A stretch of 64,000 nt of DNA from contig JBEUKZ010000009.1 of assembly GCA_048128005.1 (NCBI GenBank), positions 1 to 64,000 on the forward strand, given 5' to 3'. Below, in pieces: positions 38,926 to 46,325 of the stretch (the stretch's first letter is position 1; the number at the start of each line of letters is the position of its first letter). Source of the DNA: Veleropilina oligotropha. Taxonomy: Eukaryota. The notes below the pieces were generated by a model. That model was given only the letters and a program-made list of their open reading frames with translations. It searched no databases and was not told the DNA's origin. The position numbers and the translations under genes were made by a program.

Positions 38926-39757
38926 GAATAACCTTGGATAGGTGGGTAAGACGTTCCTTACAACAGACCCAAACAAGATAATGACTTACTTTTCACCAAT
39001 TCGATCAGCATGAAGCGTCGAGTGTGTCCGCCTAGAGTGGAATTTTTACTGAGTATTATATTCTACTCTTACCAGGCGAGAATTTCGACCAGTGTTACCG
39101 GGAGAATACGCCGTGGTGTTAGTCGGACGAGGTGAACGGAAGTGCAATCAGCCCCTGGCACGGCCGGAAGGATAAATCCCTGTAGGTCTTACGTGTCATG
39201 GACCAGTGGCAGCCAAATGGGACTCCGGGCCTATAGGCCGGTAGCCAGAGGATGCAGTCGGATTTGTAAGCACACGGAACCTAACAGGTTGTGAAAGCTT
39301 TAAAATCAAAAGCAAAGAATTAATAGATTATATAATAATCGATATTAATAAGTAGTTCGTATGACCAACTTGCGAACGCTAACATGGACGACATGTCACT
39401 TAAAATAAATTTTAAGGAAGCAAAATGTTCGACATGTTACTTAAAAATAAATGTTAAGGAATCAACATTTTAAATGTATTGAACATCGTATGTTCGATTA
39501 CAGCAAAGAACATAATAATATTGAACCCTAATCTTTTTAAGATTTGTGCAAAATTATCAAAGTTGTTTTATTAAATTCAATGTGATCTGGCTTATGTCAA
39601 CACTCAGTCTGACATGAAAAGTACAAAATCTTAAATTAGATTTAAGAAATGAACAGACATTGAACTGCCCCATAGGTGTTAATTACATAGCACCGTTTGG
39701 CCAACGAAAATAAAATGGCGTCAGTAAATATGCAAATGATGAATCAGAGAACAATAC

Positions 39758-42715
39758 TTACTGATTAGAAGACCTCGGTCTAACAATAACCCTTTGTGCA
39801 GCAACACAGTGTAAACTGCTTAGGCCATCAGCCCCGGTTGAGTAGTCGCGCAGATAATGTTTGACAAACACGTTAGCGTTTTTCCAATATCCGGCCTGTA
39901 GTAACGCATTGATATTTAAATTATGTCGGAAGGCTACAGACGCTGCAATAGCCCGGACCTCATGTGCGCGGACCGATAAAATAGTTCGGTCGTCGTCATC
40001 ACAACGGATGTAAACATCTCTCACAGTTTGTGAAATCCACCGCGAAACAGTAGTCCTCGTAATGTCGCGGGTGTAGGAGGGCAAATACGATATGAATAAA
40101 CGTAATTTTCCCTGTCGCAACTCACGGGTTCTGTCTAGGTAGAATCGAAGCGCCCGGACCGGGCAATTGAAGCGGTCTGCGTCGCGCCTTCCGACTAGCG
40201 TTAGCTTGGGAATAACAACATCGGGTGCGTCCTCGTTCGGCCGCTGGTTCTTGGCTAAGAAGCCCAGAATGGGACGCAGTATCACCGACCCGTCTGACTG
40301 GAATCGTATGTCTCTTAGCTCGGAGGAGAAAGCATGAATCTCGGAACAACGCCTGCCCGACGCTAAGGCGATCAGAAAAACTGTTTTGTGCGTCAAGTTC
40401 CTCATGGTTATCTCGGACATCGGCTCATACGGGGGTAAGAGTAATGCGTTAAGAATAAGTACGATATTCCAGGCAGGTGGCTTAATTCTTCGGGTCGGTA
40501 TCTCGAGTTCATAAGATCGTATAAAATCTGATATCGTTCGGTCGCTTGATAGGCCAGCATGGGCACGACACTGCTTTAGCGTGGTCGCGATCGTTGCCCG
40601 ATAACCTTTGACGGCGGACACTGACATACCGCGGTCGAAGAGCGACGATAAAAACTCGATAAACTTGTTCACAGGGGGACGGAGTATATTGATCTGCCTG
40701 CTGTGACACCAATCCACGTACTTAACCCATCGGTAGTCATAGACTTTTGTAGTGGAAATCCTTCTCGATCGATAGATACGTAAGGCTGTAGCTTTAGAAA
40801 ATCCTTTCTTAGCAAGGGATCGTTCGATAACCGCCAGGCGTGTAAACGTAAGTGGTTCGGCGACTCGTGGAGTACACGGGTGCGTGGTTGCATTAACAGG
40901 TCTAGTTTCTGCGGTAACGCTAACGGTCGATCGACGATCAGATCGAGGAGGGTCGGAAACCAAGGTTGCGTGCGATACAGGGGCGCTATTAGCGTTATCT
41001 CGCAACGTTCGGTCGCTGCCTTCTGTAATACCAGTGATAGAATGCACGTCGGGGGGAAGGCATACGCGGACAGATTCTCCCATGTCATTGACATTGCGTC
41101 GACCGCCAGGGCGGCCGGGTCTGGGTACGGGGAGACATACAGAGGTAGTCGGTAATTGAATTCTGTTGCAAACAAGTCGACTTGGGGTTGCGACCACCGG
41201 CGGCAAACATCCCGAGCTACTCGGCTGTGTAGCGTCCACTCTGTGTGTATAATCTGTGATCTCCGAGAGAGCGAATCCGCTCTGACATTCAGCTTTCCCG
41301 GGATGTGTCGGGCTCGAATCGTCGAGTTGAGGGACATCACTAAGCGGTGTAGGTCTATTGCTCGGTCGCATAGGGGACGCGAGCGTGTACCGCCCTGGTG
41401 CTGTATGTAAGCGACGACAGTCGTGTTGTCCGTGGCGAGCATTATATGCTTGTTGCGGAGATGTGACGAGAGGGACCGTACTGACAGGTAGACGGCTTCT
41501 AACTCTAGGAAGTTGATATGTCGTCCCTGAAGGTCTGTCGGCCATAGGCCTGATGTCTCGTAACTGTCGAGGTGACCACCCCAGCCGTCGTTCGAAGCGT
41601 CTGTGAACAGGTAAGCGTTCGGCTCTGGTGGGGATATAGGAACCGACTGGTCCGGCAAAGCGGGGTTCAACCACACTGCTGTCGTGTCGGTAAACCAATG
41701 CCGTAGATCGATGCGATCCTTCCACTGCCCCGTCCGTTGTATCCAGCGATCCCTGAAAGCCTGTTGTAACGGTCTTTTGTCCATGCGACCCGTCGGTAGC
41801 AGGGGCGCTACCGACTCGATGTGCCCCAGGACAGTGGCCAGTTGTCGCGCCGTAGTTATGTCCGATGACAGGGTGTCTTGGATAACCGCGCGTAGGTTCC
41901 GCATACGCTTCTGGGTCGGCTTCGCGGTGTACCGGACCGTATCGAAGTCGACTCCGAGGAACGTAAACGTCGTCGAGGGCACGAAGCAGGATTTTGTCTC
42001 GTTGATCTGAAATCCCAGGCGCTTCGTCGATGACAGGGTAAAGCTCGTAGACCGGAGGCACAGATCTCGGGACGCCCCGAGGATCAGCCAGTCGTCGAGG
42101 TACATATGTACCCTGTGCCCTAGAGAGTGTAGGAAGGCCCCCAGGGCCTGTACTGTTCTCGTGAAGACGTACGGGGCTGACGATAGACCGAACGGTAGGC
42201 ACCTGAATTGGTAGATCGTCTCCCCGTGTATAAACCGAAGGTACTGATGAGCCGTGATATGCATCGGGACATGCAGATACGCGTCGGCGAGATCGATAGA
42301 CGCTGCCCAGTCGCCCGGACGGATGGCCGCTCGAATCTTCGAGAGGGTTTCTTGCTGGAATTTCTCGGTACGAAGATATAGGTTTAGGTACGAGAGATCG
42401 AGGATCGGTCTCCAGCGGCCATCGGGTTTCGGGACCAGGAAGAAATGGCTGTAAAATCCTGGTGTGCTGGGCGGCGCGGGATATATCGCTCTTTTTAGGA
42501 GCAAATCCCGCACTGCCTGGTCTAAGACCGCTTGTTTCTCTCCGTTTAGGAGGCGAGCGTGTCTTGTTGGTGGTGCCTCGGTTAAGGTCGGATGCCGGTT
42601 GAATGCCAACTTGTATCCGGCACTCACGACTAAGTGGACCCAGTTGCTGTCTGTCAGCTCTAGCCAGGGCTGGCTGTGTGCTAACAGGCACGCTCCCACC
42701 GGCGGGAGCGGGCAA
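39758..42715 (-). CDS. DIRS ORF3: tyrosine recombinase with a long N-terminal region overlapping pol; true start unknown
   Basis: LIALASGRRCSEI (R), FLAKNQ (K), RAHEVR (HxxR), GYW and FVKHYL (Y), preceded by a SAM-like domain (STTKVYDYRW...VKGYRATI). Confidence 0.93.
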   Translation of the reverse strand: MPAPAGGSVPVSTQPALARADRQQLGPLSRECRIQVGIQPASDLNRGTTNKTRSPPKRRETSGLRPGSAGFAPKKSDISRAAQHTRILQPFLPGPETRWPLETDPRSLVPKPISSYREIPARNPLEDSSGHPSGRLGSVYRSRRRVSACPDAYHGSSVPSVYTRGDDLPIQVPTVRSIVSPVRLHENSTGPGGLPTLSRAQGTYVPRRLADPRGVPRSVPPVYELYPVIDEAPGISDQRDKILLRALDDVYVPRSRLRYGPVHREADPEAYAEPTRGYPRHPVIGHNYGATTGHCPGAHRVGSAPATDGSHGQKTVTTGFQGSLDTTDGAVEGSHRSTALVYRHDSSVVEPRFAGPVGSYIPTRAERLPVHRRFERRLGWSPRQLRDIRPMADRPSGTTYQLPRVRSRLPVSTVPLVTSPQQAYNARHGQHDCRRLHTAPGRYTLASPMRPSNRPTPLSDVPQLDDSSPTHPGKAECQSGFALSEITDYTHRVDATQPSSSGCLPPVVATPSRLVCNRIQLPTTSVCLPVPRPGRPGGRRNVNDMGESVRVCLPPDVHSITGITEGSDRTLRDNANSAPVSHATLVSDPPRSDRRSTVSVTAETRPVNATTHPCTPRVAEPLTFTRLAVIERSLAKKGFSKATALRIYRSRRISTTKVYDYRWVKYVDWCHSRQINILRPPVNKFIEFLSSLFDRGMSVSAVKGYRATIATTLKQCRAHAGLSSDRTISDFIRSYELEIPTRRIKPPAWNIVLILNALLLPPYEPMSEITMRNLTHKTVFLIALASGRRCSEIHAFSSELRDIRFQSDGSVILRPILGFLAKNQRPNEDAPDVVIPKLTLVGRRDADRFNCPVRALRFYLDRTRELRQGKLRLFISYLPSYTRDITRTTVSRWISQTVRDVYIRCDDDDRTILSVRAHEVRAIAASVAFRHNLNINALLQAGYWKNANVFVKHYLRDYSTGADGLSSLHCVAAQRVIVRPRSSNQ

Positions 42716-42759
42716 CTGGGGCCGTCGCGAATGCCGGCAGCCCTAGGGCCGAGGCTTCC
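40669..42759 (-). CDS. DIRS ORF2: reverse transcriptase, RNase H and Dam-like methyltransferase domain; no AUG before RT motif A
   Basis: RT motifs WRPILDL, IDLADAYLHVP, LPFGLSSAP and YLDD. RNase H motifs TDAS, LELEAV, TDN and ADSLSR. MT motifs VDLFA, DAMSMTW and YAFPP. The frame is open from 42759. Confidence 0.95.
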   Translation of the reverse strand, partial: GSLGPRAAGIRDGPSCPLPPVGACLLAHSQPWLELTDSNWVHLVVSAGYKLAFNRHPTLTEAPPTRHARLLNGEKQAVLDQAVRDLLLKRAIYPAPPSTPGFYSHFFLVPKPDGRWRPILDLSYLNLYLRTEKFQQETLSKIRAAIRPGDWAASIDLADAYLHVPMHITAHQYLRFIHGETIYQFRCLPFGLSSAPYVFTRTVQALGAFLHSLGHRVHMYLDDWLILGASRDLCLRSTSFTLSSTKRLGFQINETKSCFVPSTTFTFLGVDFDTVRYTAKPTQKRMRNLRAVIQDTLSSDITTARQLATVLGHIESVAPLLPTGRMDKRPLQQAFRDRWIQRTGQWKDRIDLRHWFTDTTAVWLNPALPDQSVPISPPEPNAYLFTDASNDGWGGHLDSYETSGLWPTDLQGRHINFLELEAVYLSVRSLSSHLRNKHIMLATDNTTVVAYIQHQGGTRSRPLCDRAIDLHRLVMSLNSTIRARHIPGKLNVRADSLSRRSQIIHTEWTLHSRVARDVCRRWSQPQVDLFATEFNYRLPLYVSPYPDPAALAVDAMSMTWENLSAYAFPPTCILSLVLQKAATERCEITLIAPLYRTQPWFPTLLDLIVDRPLALPQKLDLLMQPRTRVLHESPNHLRLHAWRLSNDPLLRKDFLKLQPYVSIDREGFPLQKSMTTDGLSTWIGVTAGRSIYSVPL

Positions 42760-44992
42760 CTATCCCGCTCTGCTTGCGGGATGTCGCTGGAGGTGCTCGC
42801 CTCTTTGGAGTGGGTTTATTGGCCGGAGGCCTACCACCCGAAGAGCGCTTCGCACGCTTAGAAGGCTTCGGGGCCGGGGTGGGCCCGGAGCGCTTCTTCG
42901 AGTTGGCAGGTGGACCCCGGGTGGGGAGCAGTACTGCCTTCTCGATGGTACGGTCCTTAATGTCCGCCGCTCTCTTGTCAACAAACTCCGTGAAGTTGTC
43001 ACCAAAGAGAGTGGTGGCCGAGCAAGGTACGCATCGCAACGAGCGCCGGGTGGGCTCGTCCAGCGAGGTACCTTCCAGGCAAGCATCCCTACGTAGTAGG
43101 AGGGCATTGCCCAGGACACGTCCCGTCTCCAACGCGCTGGTCTCCTGCGCGGCAGCAACCTCCTGGAGGAAGGACAGGGCAGCCTCGGTGGCGCCGGGTC
43201 CATTCTCCTGTAATACGGCTATCGCCCCGTCTAGGAAAAAATCCTGAACGGACGATAGCCGCAGAGCCCGTCGGGCGGAGCTCTCGAAAGCTTCCAAGGC
43301 GGACCAAGGAACTTTCGCTACGGAGGGAGTGTGACTGGCGGTCAGTCGACGCAACGAAGCGTCAACACGAGCCGGCTCAGTCGCCAGGCACGGGCCAGTG
43401 CATTCGAACGGGATCGCTCGAGTACTGGCCCGGAGGTACCTCCCACTACGGAACCCCGAAGGGAACTCGTTCAGCGGGGAGGACTCCACCGGATTGCGCC
43501 CCTGAACGAGCTTGGTGATCGAGTCTACAACAAGATCCACCAGCCCGGACTGAGGTAAGGAGGGGAGCTCGGGGGCTTCCCTCGCAACAAACCGATGTGC
43601 TGCCGTCCTATGCTTGGCTACGTCTACAGCCGACCGAGTCGGTTCCGACAAGCCAAGCACCCCGCGAAGTGACGCAACAGCGTCGAGCCTTCGGCGGGTG
43701 GAGGAGGTCGGCTCCTGCGTGCCTGTAAGACTAATGTCTTCGGACCCGACCGATTCAGGGAGGTCGGTGTGATTTGAACAGAGATCCTCGTTGGAACGAG
43801 GGTCGATGTCTATCACTGAGGCAGGAGCCGTGCTCTGCGCCATGGGCAGAAGTGTAGGTACCAGGTGCGGCTCGGGAGCCGTCGGCCAGGCCTTACACCG
43901 TTCCTCGATCCCCGCCGCGATCCATGCCTGGACGTTCTCAAAAGAGAAACCCGAAGGCAGGACGGGCGACGAACTAACAGCCGGTAGTTCTGTCGAGGTA
44001 ACCGTGGCGCTAGGTAGACGGGCTGCATTGACAGGTCGAACCGAGGACCAGGGTCCACGGGCACTTGTCGAGGGGTCGAACCCGAAGGACTGGCCCGAAG
44101 GCACAGTCAGTGGGCCGGACGACCGATAGGACTGCGGCAACAGTTCTGATCGGTCTACCACTCTGTTCGAGCGAGGCACGGACGGAAAACCGCCGTAGAA
44201 CCCCGTCCCGAACGCAGCCGGTCTGTCCACGTTCTCTAGCGTGACCACGGTGGGTGCACGGGAGAGACCGGGCCCTCTGAATGTCTCGTGAGCTTCGAGG
44301 TTGAGCGGAAAACCCCTAGGGGAAGTCGCATCGTTCTCGACCGAGGATTCAGGTTTCGCCGATTGTCCGAGTCTTAGACCTACAAGTAGGTGCCCGGCCT
44401 CTTTAAAGGCTTTCTCTGCATTGGGTCTGTCACCGTAGGAAGACGGTGAGTTTCCCGCAGAAGGACTAACTGTCCCCTTATTCTTCGAGGCCGAAGAAAA
44501 GGATGGGGATGGTCTGCCCTGTACAGCTGTTCGCTGCGCTGTCATGTATACCTTGCTAGCCGGCAAGGTATGGCTGACTGCAGCTACTAGGCCCGGTTTT
44601 GGAGGATCGGTCGACACTCGGGTCTTTACCTGAATCTTGGGTACCGGCAAGGTTTCGGTGACTCTCCCAAGAGTCGCGGAGGTTTCGCCGGTGGATCCGG
44701 CGACAGACGTCCCCTTGTGTCGGCTGTCGTCCAGCGTCCCTGAAGCAGACAAAGAAGAAACGTTAGGTAACTTACCGGTCTCTTCCTGACCCTTCTCCGG
44801 GGGAGGACCCACCGTGGCAGTCGCCCTGGTCGACTTACCGTGGTGAGACAGGGTTGCCCACTGCTTATCTGATAGAAGAAAGCACAGATCACATTGATGA
44901 TGTATACTACAGCTACGGTGAGTACAACATTCCTTGTGCCTATCAAATGCGTGAATTTTCTGGTTACACCCGGAGCTACTGCACCGGACCAT
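42743..44992 (-). CDS. DIRS ORF1 (gag-like) with N-terminal Cys/His finger
   Basis: ATG at 44992 starts MVRCSSSGCNQKIHAFDRHKECCTHRSCSIHHQCDLC. C-terminal block LLRRDACL...LFG. Homologous frames occur in copy 1. Confidence 0.88.
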   Translation of the reverse strand: MVRCSSSGCNQKIHAFDRHKECCTHRSCSIHHQCDLCFLLSDKQWATLSHHGKSTRATATVGPPPEKGQEETGKLPNVSSLSASGTLDDSRHKGTSVAGSTGETSATLGRVTETLPVPKIQVKTRVSTDPPKPGLVAAVSHTLPASKVYMTAQRTAVQGRPSPSFSSASKNKGTVSPSAGNSPSSYGDRPNAEKAFKEAGHLLVGLRLGQSAKPESSVENDATSPRGFPLNLEAHETFRGPGLSRAPTVVTLENVDRPAAFGTGFYGGFPSVPRSNRVVDRSELLPQSYRSSGPLTVPSGQSFGFDPSTSARGPWSSVRPVNAARLPSATVTSTELPAVSSSPVLPSGFSFENVQAWIAAGIEERCKAWPTAPEPHLVPTLLPMAQSTAPASVIDIDPRSNEDLCSNHTDLPESVGSEDISLTGTQEPTSSTRRRLDAVASLRGVLGLSEPTRSAVDVAKHRTAAHRFVAREAPELPSLPQSGLVDLVVDSITKLVQGRNPVESSPLNEFPSGFRSGRYLRASTRAIPFECTGPCLATEPARVDASLRRLTASHTPSVAKVPWSALEAFESSARRALRLSSVQDFFLDGAIAVLQENGPGATEAALSFLQEVAAAQETSALETGRVLGNALLLRRDACLEGTSLDEPTRRSLRCVPCSATTLFGDNFTEFVDKRAADIKDRTIEKAVLLPTRGPPANSKKRSGPTPAPKPSKRAKRSSGGRPPANKPTPKRRAPPATSRKQSGIGKPRP

Positions 44993-45992
44993 AGCTAAAT
45001 ACACGGGAGGGTGGACGTGGGTAGACGGGGTAGATAAATAGGTATATATATGGTAGTTGAGACTTCTTTCCTTGGAGGGAGTACTACGACAACTCACAGA
45101 ATTGTCCTGATCTGAAGATTAGAGATCAAGCGATATACCGTTATTAGAACCCCGAACTGGGAACACCGAGGTCGGGTATTTTACCCGACCGACCCGGTAA
45201 CCCGGCAAATTGACTAAAACAAAGGGGGGTTCTTTCCTCGAAAAAACCCGCCCAGAAAAACACCTGAAAACCTCGTGGATGTTTTAAGTTAGTACAATGG
45301 CGTATTATCCCAGCAACGGCAGGATATCAGAAAATTAACGCAAGCTTAATATCAAAAGATCCTGCCTTTTAACAACGCTAGAAAATTTTATATATAATAA
45401 ATAACCAGCAAATAGCGTTGTTAAGGAATTATCCAATATAATGAGTTACCTGTTTTGCAGTCTCAAACAATATCAGATAATTATACAGACCAGAAATTTC
45501 AGCTACCACTCGAAACTTTCCCTCTAAGCGGCCATCTTTAACGGCCACTGGCGTCCTTGACGACGATGTCTGTTTCCTTTGATGTCCAGAACTTCCTCGA
45601 AGTTTTGAGAATCACTCTTCTTATATTCACATGTGTTTTATATCCACAACACAGGGTTATATTCCACTACTTATATACTATATAAGTAGAAACTGCGCCC
45701 TGATTTAACGTGAAATCGGGCGCCTATATCGAAATATTTGCGGAGCAAAAACAACGTCTTTCCGCGGCAGCGGAAAACTTTGAATTGATGTCATGTGACT
45801 TCTATTGTTCAGAAGTCTCACGAGACTTGGCGAAGTCTCGCTGGGGAACGTGGGGGGTAGGAGCAGGGGAGGTAACCGTGTGCTTTTTTGGCTTATTAAC
45901 GGTGCATTATGGGACATATTCACCATTTCCGGTTTGGGCGATAATATACTATTATGGCAAGAGTAAGGACGTAAGTATGTTTGTAACTATAT

Positions 45993-46241
45993 ATACATAC
46001 ATACATACATACATACATACATACATACATACATACATACATACATACATACATACATACATACATACATACATACATACATACATACATACATACATAC
46101 ATACATACATACATACATACATACATACATACATACATACATACATACATACATACATACATACATACATACATACATACATACATACATACATACATAC
46201 ATACATACATACATACATACATACATACATACATACATACA

Positions 46242-46277
<36 letters not shown>

Positions 46278-46325
46278 TATATAAATACGCATACGCATAC
46301 GCATACGCATACACATATATATATA
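45993..46325. repeat. (ACAT)n, (TA)n and (ACGCAT)n microsatellite, right flank of DIRS copy 2
   Basis: Directly visible; same orientation as the left flank. Confidence 0.95.

Larger units (their letters stand above)
38535..45992 (-). mobile_element. DIRS1-type tyrosine-recombinase retrotransposon copy 2, full length, ORFs intact
   Basis: ITRs at 38535-38774 and 45776-45992 have apparently identical cores. ICR at 38836-38925. Three uninterrupted ORFs (gag, RT-RNaseH-MT, YR). No conventional TSD. Confidence 0.97.

Noticed and set aside
39000..39260. Fragments resembling HDV-like, twister or pistol ribozymes in the DIRS 3' module
   Set aside because: I could not build the required helices or pseudoknots by hand. 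One apparent covariation (TCGA versus TCAA/TTGA) is explicable by CpG decay.
40669..41200. RT plus methyltransferase plus tyrosine recombinase read as a prokaryotic or phage system or contamination
   Set aside because: This domain set with ITR/ICR is the known DIRS1 architecture, and it is embedded in metazoan repeats.
42464..44129. Plus-strand ORFs antisense to DIRS gag/pol (and to the RTE at 1009-2956)
   Set aside because: Shadow ORFs of GC-rich coding sequence with no recognisable motifs.
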